DNA of 63,643 nucleotides from Octopus bimaculoides (Eukaryota): the NCBI RefSeq assembly GCF_001194135.2, contig NC_068996.1, positions 8,871,352-8,934,994 of the forward strand. Direction: 5' to 3'. Every line of letters begins with the position of its first letter. Positions within the stretch are counted from its first letter, which is position 1. The notes under the pieces are model-generated. The model ran no database searches, was not told where the DNA came from, and saw only the letters and a list, made by a program, of their open reading frames with translations. The position numbers were made by a program, and so were the translations under genes. Below are positions 52,040 to 63,643 of the stretch, piece by piece.

Positions 52040-52490
52040 AATAGCCGTTATTTGTTTTATCTTTCTTACTCGTTTCCGTCATTAAACTGTGGTCATGCTG
52101 GGGCCACAGTCTTAAGGGTTTATTCGAACAAATCAATCTCAGTGTTTGTTATTTTTTTTTTTAATAAGTCTCACTCGTTTGCCGAACTGCTAAGCTTCAA
52201 GGACGCAAAGAAACTGATACTTGTTGTCAAGCAGTGGAGATGGAGGACACAAGAACACACATACATATAACAAATATGTATACACATATACACATTACAT
52301 GTATGTATACACACACACACACGTGTGTGCATACACATCCATGCACTCATATGACGGGCTTCTTTTCAGTTTCCATCGACCAAATCCACTCACCAGGATT
52401 TTTGATCGGTCCGAGGTAAAAGTAGTATGGCACCTTGGGCAAGTGACTTCTTGCCCAAGATGCCATACTGTGAGATTGAACCCATGACCA
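52040..52490 (-). mobile_element. SINE-B, near full length
   Basis: Reverse match to 42222-42625, including the central microsatellite. Confidence 0.85.
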
Positions 52491-53314
52491 CATAGCGTGG
52501 CGGTTATATATACCGTATAACTGCCACGTCTGCGCCAATTTGTAGACGAAAGACATATTTAAATTTTTTTTCAGAACGTTAAATCTGGGATATTCCATAA
52601 ATCTAATTCCTCTGTCCCATACGTTGTGTATTGAATTATGACTTCACTGGATGTAGTAGAGGAAGAGGGCCCTTAGCTCCCATGATGGTCACATTAGTAC
52701 ACCTTATCTCGCTGTTATACGTGCGTGTACCATTAAAACCCAGGTCCAAAATTTTTTACCAACATGGTCGATTTTATTTTTTCAATCAAAATAATCACAG
52801 GTATAATAATAGCAGTAATTATTATTGTATTTGTACATCAGTCTAATCAGATGAGTCCAATAATGGGAAATTAATGTTTCAAATCAATCCAAAACTGTTT
52901 CTTCACTCGTTCGTTTTGGCGATGAAGTTTTTAAGAGGCTCTTCAAAGCGTTTTAATTGTCCCATTAATTGTCCCAAATAAGGCTGTATGCTTGCACCGT
53001 CTCTTCCCGCGCTAGTAGCGGGTACATATTTGTGTATTTGGGTTACGTTCTAGTTTGAGCGTTTTATGAAAGTTTTTATTTTATTTTATTATTTCTTTGT
53101 GTTTGTATTATGTGTGTTTGTTGGTATGTCTCAGAAGTTAACAATTATGTTTACTGAGTTTTTATCCGTATTAAAAAAAAAAATACGCTTTCAGTTTCGA
53201 TTCTAGTTTGTTTTCATTTTCTTTCTCTTTCTCCCAACTTTCTTCCACTGGGTTTTATTTATTTATTCATTTATTTATGAGCATGATGTTTCTTAATTGT
53301 CTTAAATCTTTCAG

Positions 53315-53398
53315 ATTAACACTGTTTGACTTGGTGAAACCGATATTCTTTGATATGTGTAGTCGCTTTCTCCCCTCGGAGGGCCACAAGCAGGGGAA
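53315..53398 (+). other. Candidate 84-nt internal exon (unknown gene or lncRNA)
   Basis: CTTAAATCTTTCAG acceptor and AA|GTAAGT donor; only one open frame (LTLFDLVKPIFFDMCSRFLPSEGHKQG); no homology recognised. Confidence 0.3.
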
Positions 53399-53461
53399 GT
53401 AAGTGATGGTGACAGAGGAACATTTTAAATAGGGAAACAAATCGCACATAATCACATGAAT

Positions 53462-53571
<110 letters not shown>

Positions 53572-54481
53572 AGTCATGTGTACACGCGCAGAGTCTTGTG
53601 TATACTCACAAACATGCACACACACACCACTCCACAAATCACAAGCATGCTGACACATGTACACATACGTTCACTCACACGCATACCCACATTCACTCTC
53701 ACACACGCAAACCCACTGTCACTTGCGTACTCGGACGCACACGTTATGTTGTCTAGGTACCTATACCCTGCTGGATATAGACAGTATGGGAGATTCAGAA
53801 AAGCCAAAAGTTAGTGGAATTAAAGGCGTCAACAATTTAAAGGAAATATAATGTTAAAATAATCTAGGTATCTTGCTTCCCAATCACACAGTTCCAGGTT
53901 CAATCCTCAAGGTGGTGTCTCAGCATGGCCACAGTCTAATAACTGAAACAAGAAAAGCTAAAAGATATCTTATAAGGATCTTTATCTTTTATGTAATCTT
54001 CTTACTAAGCAATGTATATTTCTTTTATACCAGTCAATGAAGAAGTCTTACATTATACCACAAGGGAATTTTGGCCTATCTATATCTTTATCATTTTAAT
54101 GTCCACTTTTCCATTCATGCATGCATGTGTTGGGTGGAATTCATTGAGACAAATTTCTACGACCAAATGTCTTTCCTGTTACCAACTCTCACCTGTTTCC
54201 TAGCAAGGTAATATTTCTCTGTTGTTAGAAATATTTTACCACAGAATATTTGAAATGAATGACATTGCTTGTATGACATTGACAGTAATTTATAATTCAC
54301 ACAATATCAAGACATTCACACACACATACACAATGGCCTTTTTTTCAATTTTCTTCTACCAGATCCACTCATGAGGCTTTGATTAGTTCAGGGCAATAGT
54401 AGAAAATGCTTATCCAAGGTGCCCTGCACTGTAACTGAACCTGGAACAAAGTGGTTGAGAAGCAAACTTAGCACACAGGTA

Positions 54482-54527
<46 letters not shown>

Positions 54528-55082
54528 NNNNNNNNNNNNNNNNNNNNNNNNNNNNNNNNNNNNNNNNNNNNNNNNNNNNNNNNNNNNNNNNNNNNNNNNN
54601 NNNNNNNNNNNNNNNNNNNNNNNNNNNNNNNNNNNNNNNNNNNNNNNNNNNNNNNNNNNNNNNNNNNNNNNNNNNNNNNNNNNNNNNNNNNNNNNNNNNN
54701 NNNNNNNNNNNNNNNNNNNNNNNNNNNNNNNNNNNNNNNNNNNNNNNNNNNNNNNNNNNNNNNNNNNNNNNNNNNNNNNNNNNNNNNNNNNNNNNNNNNN
54801 NNNNNNNNNNNNNNNNNNNNNNNNNNNNNNNNNNNNNNNNNNNNNNNNNNNNNNNNNNNNNNNNNNNNNNNNNNNNNNNNNNNNNNNNNNNNNNNNNNNN
54901 NNNNNNNNNNNNNNNNNNNNNNNNNNNNNNNNNNNNNNNNNNNNNNNNNNNNNNNNNNNNNNNNNNNNNNNNNNNNNNNNNNNNNNNNNNNNNNNNNNNN
55001 NNNNNNNNNNNNNNNNNNNNNNNNNNNNNNNNNNNNNNNNNNNNNNNNNNNNNGCGGACGTTAAACGATGATGATGATGATG

Positions 55083-55131
<49 letters not shown>

Positions 55132-55941
55132 TACACACACATATATATATATATATATCTATCAAGAGGATGGGCACAAGATCACCTCCTCCAATTCCCC
55201 CACTCATCTCTTAAAGGATTTTTGTGTTGCGAGTTACTTGGTGGCCCTGCCAGTGCTGGTGCCATGTAAAAAGAGTATCCAGTTCACACTGTGAAGTGGT
55301 TGGCTTTTGGAAGGGCATCCAGCTGTAAAAACCATGCCAAAACTGGCCTCACATGTGCTGGTGTTATGTAAAAAACACTAAGTCCACTCTGCTGGATGGC
55401 TGGTGTTGGAAAGAGCATCCAGCCATAGAATCCATGCAAAAACAGATGCAGAAGTTAGGTGTAGTCTTCTGCCTGGCTAGCTACTGCCAAACTGTCCAAC
55501 CCATGCCAGCATGGAAAGTGGATGTTAAGCAATGGTGATGACACAGCTTAGATTTTAACCTGCCTTGATAAATATACACACTACACTGTTCTATGCATGT
55601 CATATATATATCTATATTACTGGGTGTAGATAATGTATTCATTCAACCACAAGCTTATATATAGATATATAGATCAAACAGAAAGCTTGAAATGAGACCA
55701 TTAACTCCACCCTAGTTTCATAAGTACAATTAAAGGAGTGCCCATTAGAGAGTTTTCAACAACAACAACAGAAGTTTATTTCCTTTCTCTTGTGTTGCTG
55801 TGAAATATTGTTTTTCTACAATGTATAAGAGACAAAAAGGTCAAACAAATCTTTCCTTTTCATGTTTTTAAAAGTCAGTATTTTGAACGTCATTTTTTAT
55901 ACAATGAGTATGCATGTGGTATATAAAATAGCATGCACACA

Positions 55942-55987
<46 letters not shown>

Positions 55988-56013
55988 TTACACTTTTTAG
56001 TTATTGAATATGC

Positions 56014-56386
56014 GTGGAGGCGCAATGGCCCAGTGTTTAGGGCAGCGGACTTGTGGTCGTAGGATTGCAGTTTCGATTCCCAGACTGAATGTTATGACTG
56101 TTTATTGAGCAAAAACACCTAAAGCCTCACGAGGTTCCGGCAGGGGATGGTGGCGAACCCTGCTGTACTTTTTCACCACAACTTTCTCTCACTCTTTCTT
56201 CCTGTTTCCGTTGTACCTGTATTTCAAAGAGCCAGCCTTGTCATGCTGAATCTTCCCGAGAACTACGTTAAGAGTACACATGTCTGTGGAGTGCTCGGCT
56301 ACTTGCACGTTAATTTCACGAGCGAGCTGTTACGTTGATCTGATCAACTGGAACCCTCGTCACCGTAAGCGACGTAGTGCCACAAC
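56014..56386 (+). mobile_element. SINE-C, full length
   Basis: Homologous to 26262-26899; 10-bp TSD ATTGAATATG at 56003-56012 and 56387-56396. Confidence 0.93.
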
Positions 56387-57185
56387 ATTGAATATGTTCT
56401 GTCTGTATATTGTGTAAACTACTTTCAGTGCTTGCCAAATGTCCAGTGATAATGAGAAAAGTTTGTGTGTGTGTGTGTGCGTGTGTGTAACTTGTTCTGT
56501 TTCAAATACTTCAGGGTTTACATAGAAAATACAAAGAGATCTCGTCTCTTGCTCTTTTGCCTCTGTGTATGTATATACTTGTATATGTGTTTATATGCGT
56601 TTATGTATTTGTGTTTATATATGTGTATGCTTGTATTTATGCTTGTTTTTGTGTGTGTTTATGTATGTGTTTATATATATTGTGCATGTGTATATATTTG
56701 TGTATATTTGCGTGTGTTTATGTATGCGTTACATAACTCCTTTAGAATTTAAGATCTAAAAAGAAGCACATAAATAAGATAACATCAATAAGATCATGTG
56801 ATCAAAATTTGTGGCTGATACAGAGAATGAAGTTAAGAGTGGATCTGGTCTTTAAAGACAACTGGTGAAAATAAGACATGTTTCACTCTTATTAGACCTT
56901 TTCAGTGAAGGAGATTTAATCTCCCTATTTGTCTTGTCTATTTAGGTTTTGCATTTATTTTCCTATCTTATTGTGCATTGGACAGGAGCATATATGAAGC
57001 AGAATATTTGTGCGACCAGATGCCCTTCCTGTCACTAACCCTTACCCATTCTTCAAGAAAGGTTTTTTTTTCCCTGTCTTGTTATTTTATTCACGGAGCT
57101 TTGAACGTGTAGGATAACCAGTAACAATACCAATAGAAGATATAAATATCACATCACCATTTTCTTCAAGCACATCTGCACTTAA

Positions 57186-57374
57186 CTCTTTAGCATTTAA
57201 ACCAGCATATATCCAGCCCAGAACCTGGCCTCTCACACCTACCCTACAATGTCATTCTAAAAATAAACACTCACATCATTGCAGTATCAAAGCTATGAAA
57301 TAATGCATGATTAATTCAAAATAATGTTGACAAATATGCATTACATTTTGCAGAATAATCTGAATGCTAAAGGG
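57186..57374. mobile_element. piggyBac-like MITE
   Basis: TTAA|CTCTTTAGCATT...AATGCTAAAGGG|TTAC. Confidence 0.8.
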
Positions 57375-57983
57375 TTACACACACACACACACACACACAA
57401 ACACATGCACATGATGGGCTTTCAACAGTGTTCTTCTACCAAGTTCTCTGACAAGGCATAGTTCTGTGCAGTGTTATGATAGATGCTTGCTGCACAGTGG
57501 AACCAAACCCAAAACTATGCAATTTTCAAGGTGAACTTCTTAACCATACAGCCAAGCTTATTGTGCCTATGGTGGTGGTTTCTGCAACTATTAGAGTTTC
57601 AAGTAAGACAACATTATGATATGAGTCCCAACTCTTTCTCTGCTCCATGTTTTGCTTTCCTTCCTTCTTTTCCCTCCTTTTTTCTTTCCATCTCTGCCAT
57701 CTTTCCATCACATCCTTTTCTTTTCCTTCCTTTCCTCTGTCCTTCCCTCCAGAGTTGATGATGTACCAGTCAATTATTGAGGCTAAGAAAAGCTTCATTC
57801 ACCAATCCTTCTAACACAATGAAAAAAGGCAAGAATTATATATTCCAGGACCACTAACCTCATCTTTAAGAGTTTATATTCACTGTATATTTATGACTAC
57901 TCTAAAGGAGGTACACCAGCATGGGCACAGCCTCTGGCTGGAACCAATAAAAGTATCTATAGTGCATGTACATGCCTACAATA

Positions 57984-59273
57984 CAGGGTGGGGCAGAGAG
58001 AATGGACGTTTTTGAAAAAATTCACAAAATCATTCATTTTAGCTGCAAATAAATTTTATTGACATCAATGTGTTTGTATTGAATTTAGCATTTGTTGAAA
58101 TCAAGTGGGGGAAAACAACATCCATCATGTGGTGTCTGTTTTCATTGATGCATTTCTAAAGGCGTCCTTGGAAGTTGGCCTCCACTCTCTCCAGCATTGC
58201 TCTGTTGATATGGGTGACTTCAACACGATTAGCTTCCTTCAAATTGTCCAATGTATGGGTCTTATGTGCATATACATGTGTTTTGAGGTTTCCCCACAAG
58301 AAATTATTACACATAGACAAATCAGGGAACCGGGGGGGGGGGCAAAGAATGTCAGCAAACCTGGAAATGAGGTGGTTACCAAAGTGAGGACGTAAAAAGT
58401 CCATTGATGCTCTGTCTGTGTGGGCCACTCACATCAAATAGGCATAATTTTTCGTTGTAACTCAGGCACAGAGAAGTTGTTTATCATCTTGATGTAATGC
58501 TTGGAACTCACAGTAACAACATTTCCATTATTGTCTTAAAAAAAGTAAGGAACAATGACAGCAGCTTTTTAACAGCACACTAAACCATCACTTTTGGGCT
58601 GTGCAGTTCTCTCAGATTTTCAAGAGCCCAATGACAACCATTTTCTTGATTCACCATACCATTGAGATGAAGATGAGCTTCATCTTTCCTTAACAAAATG
58701 CGGTTGTCATTTGCCTCAAAAATTGCTTCCATTTGATGTGCAAAGCTAAGCTGATGTGCATAGTAATTCCATGGTTTCAACTGCTGCCCAAAGACCAATT
58801 TGTCCAAGTGGAAATGCAGGTCTTCATACAAAATATGCCTTACCGATTGATTACCAATGCCAAGTTAAGTGGAATGCCTCCAGAGTGATTCAGACTCCAT
58901 ATCAAAGCTTGTCTGATTCAGTTCACATTTTCCAGGGTCTGTACCGCTCATGACACCCCCATCGGTTTCTTATTCATTAGTGTACCTCGTGTATGAAGTG
59001 CATTCACTGAACGTAAGATTGTATTACTGGTGGGAACAGCCTGATTTCAGTGAATGTTGAAGTGGCACCAAAACTCACGCTGAACTTCTGTGACAGACTC
59101 GTTATTCTTCACGTAACTGCCATAGGCAAACACGCTATGCTCCATCATTCACACCACCATGTGTAAAAAGAAATGCTAAGACATCACAGACCGAATGGTA
59201 CTTGTCAGACATATGTCCCTTCCCCTGGGACTGAATAATAGCCATTTCCAAAATGTCTGTCCTCTCTGCCCCA

Positions 59274-59278
<5 letters not shown>
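57984..59278 (-). mobile_element. Decayed Tc1/mariner transposon, rosa/DD41D-like
   Basis: TIR CAGGGTGGGGCAGAGAGAATGGACGTTTT vs AAAATGTCTGTCCTCTCTGCCCCACC, TA-flanked; peptides DEAHLHLNGMVNQEN..W and PRFPDLSMCNNFLWGNLKTHVY are typical of this group. The subfamily call is from motif memory. Confidence 0.88.
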
Positions 59279-59337
<59 letters not shown>

Positions 59338-60508
59338 TTAGGGAAAAGAACCAAGGTTCATAAACTCATTGATGAAAATCCACTGCCACATATAGAAAAA
59401 TTAATAATTAAAATAATTAATAATATATGTATATATATATGTTTGTGTGTGTGTGTATAGGTGTGCGTGTGTGTATATATATGTGTGTCTGTATATATAT
59501 GTGTGTGTGTGTGTGTGTATATATAAGTATATGAGTGTGTATGGAGAGAGAAGTGGAGGAGATGTAATGATGCCTATTATGAATATCCTAATAATTAAGC
59601 CTGAAGAAATCTCAGAGGAATTTTTATCATATAGATACAAGTACAATAGTGTCTCACATTTATAGGAGACTGCAATCAGCTGGATGTTATCTATGTGATT
59701 AGTATGTAAAAACTTCCAGAGATATTTAAAATCTTAAAAAAAAAAAGCTAGCAAGAGCTATAACTCCCAATAATAAAATCATTTTTTGAGTCAAGACACT
59801 CATTTCCTAAGTATAATTGACTACAAAGAAAATAGTCTTATTTATTATTTTTAAAAATCTTATTTTAGACTTCTTGGTGAGTGGGGGACGAGCTATTGTG
59901 ATGTTCATTCATACCTTTCCCTGGTGCAGTGGAACTGAAATAAATATTTCGTTTTAAAATGTTGTTGAAAAACAGTGGCCTGCCAAGCAACCCTTGATAT
60001 ATATATATACAAACATATATATATATATATANNNNNNNNNNNNNNNNNNNNNNNNNNNNNNNNNNNNNNNNNNNNNNNNNNNNNNNNNNNNNNNNNNNNN
60101 NNNNNNNNNNNNNNNNNNNNNNNNNNNNNNNNNNNNNNNNNNNNNNNNNNNNNNNNNNNNNNNNNNNNNNNNNNNNNNNNNNNNNNNNNNNNNNNNNNNN
60201 NNNNNNNNNNNNNNNNNNNNNNNNNNNNNNNNNNNNNNNNNNNNNNNNNNNNNNNNNNNNNATATACCTATACCTTCTTGCTCTCTTGCAAAATCTTGCC
60301 GTAGTTACATTTAAGAAAGTGGAGAGGATGTTTAAAACCCAACAAACAAGATAAAATTTTCTTTCTATTGTTTTTAATTGTTCTTTTTTTTTTTTAGTTT
60401 TCCTGTTTATATATCTTCTTGTTTATGTGTTTCTAGCTTGCTCTCTATCTATTTTTTCTTTCTTTCTCTCTTTCTGTTTCTATTTTTACTCTCTGTTTTG
60501 TTTCTCAG

Positions 60509-60539
<31 letters not shown>

Positions 60540-61572
60540 GTGTCTGTCTCTATCTCTTTCTGCTTCTCTCTCTCTCTCTCTATCTCTTTATCTTTGATTA
60601 TATCTCTCTACCTATCTCTTTTCCTTTCTACCTATCTCCCTCTCTCTCTATTTTCCTTTTCTGTGAGTTTGCCTTTCTCTCTCCCCCCCCCTCTCTCTTA
60701 TACACACATGTCAACAGACTCATCATCATAGCCACCATCACCTGTGATGCCGCTTTTGCCAATGTTGGTGTTGTGCATGTCAGCAGCACAGAATCAGCAG
60801 AGCTGCATCCTTAAATACCTGATGAACTTTTCATTAACATTCTTCTTTTAATCTACTTGTTCACATCTGCCACTGCCACATTAGCAACAGGCTTCTTTCT
60901 TGGCTCTCAGGACTTTCCATTATAAATTGCATGCATACACACACACACACACATACCCAAGCAATGCACATGCACCATGCATCAGTCATTCTTGTTCAAG
61001 CATCCAGCACTAAATATTACAGGAATTATTGCTCATCTCTTTCTCTCTCTCTCTCTCTCTTGTACATATTTCTTCTCTTTCTCTATAGATGTTCATATAC
61101 ACATGTGAATGTGTACATGTATGTATTTATCTACGTTCTGTTGTTGGGTGACATTTCACAAACTGCTGATCTAAATTTTTCACTTCCAGTCTTCAAAGAT
61201 GGGATGCAACAAACTCAGAGTAACAATTTGAAAAATTTGTAGCCCTTCTCTCAGTATAAAAACAGTACTCTCTTCTCTTGTAGTTCACACTCATGTGTTT
61301 TCAAATCATACGTAAAAATACATATGTACGTGTGTGTGGTAATGAAAAGAAAAGTGAGTTATGTAATTACATTTCATTACCTTACTTGTATTTCGACTAA
61401 AAGAACATAGCATATGGTGATATGTGTCACTCCATACTCTCAATAGTTTTGTCGTATATATTACTTAAGCTTGCGATGGCCTGTCCAACCCATACCAAGG
61501 AATATATATAAATGTGTATGTATGTGTGTGCATGGACCAGTGAAACTAGAAGCAGATAAAGCTATAAATCTG

Positions 61573-61605
<33 letters not shown>

Positions 61606-61608
<3 letters not shown>

Positions 61609-61790
61609 CAAATTTACAGAAAACAAAAGACGAAGACAGGTGTAGGAGCAACAAGCAGGTGTATTAGTTTAACACTCGGGAAGAATGGTAAAGTCTTTTA
61701 CGTTTCAAGCTTATGCTCTTTGACAGAAAACAATAAGAGGGGAAAAACAAGAAAATATGTGCACAGTTCAATGGTCCAACATGACGAGAT
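61606..61790 (-). mobile_element. Penelope-like terminal (pLTR) fragment containing a decayed minimal hammerhead ribozyme
   Basis: Minus strand GTTTT-CTGTCAA-A-GAGC-ATAA-GCTT-GAAA-CG-TA-AAAGAC at 61731-61693; inserted at a (TA)n tract; related stubs at about 43142 and 62890. Confidence 0.65.
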
Positions 61791-61807
61791 CTATCTATCT
61801 ATCATCT

Positions 61808-62036
61808 TATTTCTTTATTACCCACAAAGGACTAAACATAGAGGGGACAAACAAGGACAGACAAACGGATTAAGTCAATTAGATTACCCCAGTGCGTAAC
61901 TGGTACTTAATTTATCGACCTCGAAACGATGAAAGGCTAAGTCTACCTCGGCAGAATTTGAAATCAGAACGTAAAGACAGATGAAATACTGCTAAGTATT
62001 TCACCCGGCGTGCTAACGTTTCTGCCAGTTTGCCAC
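61808..62036 (-). mobile_element. SINE-A copy
   Basis: Close reverse match to 21787-22022. Confidence 0.9.
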
Positions 62037-62659
62037 CTATCTATCTACCTACCTACCTACCTACCCGCAAAGAAGCTTCTCTGCGGTTACTTGGCCTACT
62101 AGAAAGGGCAGCAGTTACCACTTCCTATTGCGGTTTGTTCCCAACATTTTCTGAGTAATTACACATTTTTATGTAGTAGCATTTTTATGTTTTGAACATA
62201 TCTCCAAGACCAACAGTTGTCTGTGAAACCCAGATTCAATGCTACTGCCCTACTGTCTTAAAACAAAGAATAATGGAAAGGTCACATTAGTAAATATAAT
62301 CCAAGGTATACTATACCTAAAAAAAGATAAAATCCAAAACACCAGATGGAGATGGTTACAGATTGAATAATTTTGGCCCTAGCTTTGTCTCAATAACAGC
62401 TGACTGTATTTTGATTTTATTATGTCTGCAATTTAATTGCTTTTGACGGAAAGGATTGCGAGTGTCTGTGGCCTTTTCTGAGAGGCTCAGAAACTGCTGG
62501 AAGTGAAGAAGTTCTTCTTAAATGAGAGACCTTGCGTCTTTGATTGCAACAGAGTTTGTACCTTTGCTACAAGGTGATCACTGAAAGGTATGGCCCAGGT
62601 GTAGTCCTTTGGTGGTGGAAGCTAGGCTACAAGAAAAACAATAATACTGTGTGTTATTA

Positions 62660-63120
62660 TTTACGTTTCACTTGTTTCAATCATTGGATTGCATCTCATG
62701 TTTAAGGAACTGTGTAGGGGGTGGGGGTATTATTAGTCAAACAAATCAGCCTCAGTACTCTTCCTTTTAAACTAGGCATTTAGTCTGTTGGTCTCTTTGC
62801 TGAACTGCTAAGTTACAAGGATGTAAACAAACCAACAGCAGCTGTCAAGCAGTGATGATGAGTGTGTTAACACACGCACACACACAGTTCAAGTTTACAG
62901 AAAACAAAAGACAGGTGAAGGGACAAGCACGTGTATTAGTTAACACACACACACACACACACAATGAGCTTCTACACAGTTTCCATCTGACATTCAGTCA
63001 TACAATAAGGTATTGGTTGGCTGGAGCTATAGTACACGCCCAAGGTGCTGGGCTTGGGGACTGAACCTGAAACCATGTGGTTACAAGGTGAGCTTCTTCA
63101 ATACACACCCATGTCTGCGC
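62660..63120 (-). mobile_element. SINE-B, near full length, with a short Penelope-type stub in its central microsatellite
   Basis: Reverse match to the head and tail of 42222-42625; GTTCAAGTTTACAGAAAACAAAAGAC near 62887-62912 matches 61606. Confidence 0.75.
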
Positions 63121-63283
63121 CTGTATCTGTTTTCTTTTCCGCTTCTTTGTTTTTCAATTTTTGAAGGTGATACAACTGACATAGTATTTGTTCGGTGTAA
63201 CATATACTACAAAGATAAGCTCCACTGAGCTGACATACATAAACGCACGCATGTGCACTCACACACACACACGTGTATATATA

Positions 63284-63322
<39 letters not shown>

Positions 63323-63325
<3 letters not shown>

Positions 63326-63643
63326 TTGCTTAATAAAGAGAATGAATGGGAGGAAGAGAGCCTGCCGTATGTCGACCCAATAGAGGGACCAGCTATCCGA
63401 GTTGATAGTACCGGGGTAGATAAAGCAATTAAGAGTATGAAGACCGGGAAAGCCCCCGGCCCATCAGGAATCACTGCAGAGATGCTCAAAATATCTGGCA
63501 GTGTTGGCTATAGCCTAGTCACCCGTATTACGAACCAGGTGATACACAAAGGAGTCATACCCAATGACTGGTGTAGCAGCACCATAGTCAACTGCTACAA
63601 AGGTAAAGGTGACGCTTTAGATACAAATAATTACAGAGGCATC
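63323..63643 (+). mobile_element. 5'-truncated RTE LINE, uninterrupted reverse-transcriptase N-terminal region (runs off the window)
   Basis: 107 stop-free codons: ...KAIKSMKTGKAPGPSGITAEMLK...IPNDWCSSTIVNCYKGKGDALDTNNYRGI; begins directly after (TA)n. Confidence 0.95.

Overview
AT-rich, repeat-dense eukaryotic genomic DNA from a gapped draft assembly (about 16 N-runs, several with duplicated contig overlaps). The SINE, LINE and microsatellite content points to a coleoid cephalopod, most likely Octopus. This is inferred from remembered repeat families, not from a database search. I find no confidently recognisable host protein-coding gene, rRNA, tRNA gene or CRISPR array. Almost all ORFs in the supplied track are artefacts of microsatellites or N-gaps. 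What is supportable is mostly transposon sequence. DNA transposons: two near-full-length decayed Tc1/mariner elements (Hsmar1-like DD34D and rosa/DD41D-like), a fold-back mariner derivative, piggyBac-like MITEs, and GGATCTTT-ended MITEs with 8-bp TSDs and internal TTAGGG repeats. Retroelements: fragments of Penelope-like, RTE, CR1-like and R4/Dong-like elements, plus at least four SINE families (labels A-D are mine). The best leads are: (i) a minus-strand spliced reading frame at 38.8-39.3 kb interrupted only by three in-frame TGA codons and including a 13-nt microexon; (ii) a decayed minimal hammerhead ribozyme in a Penelope-type tail, with an apparent one-strand bias of all Penelope fragments; (iii) an apparently heterozygous RTE insertion exposed by allelic contigs; (iv) several short candidate exons and hairpins. 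All gene-like calls are low confidence.
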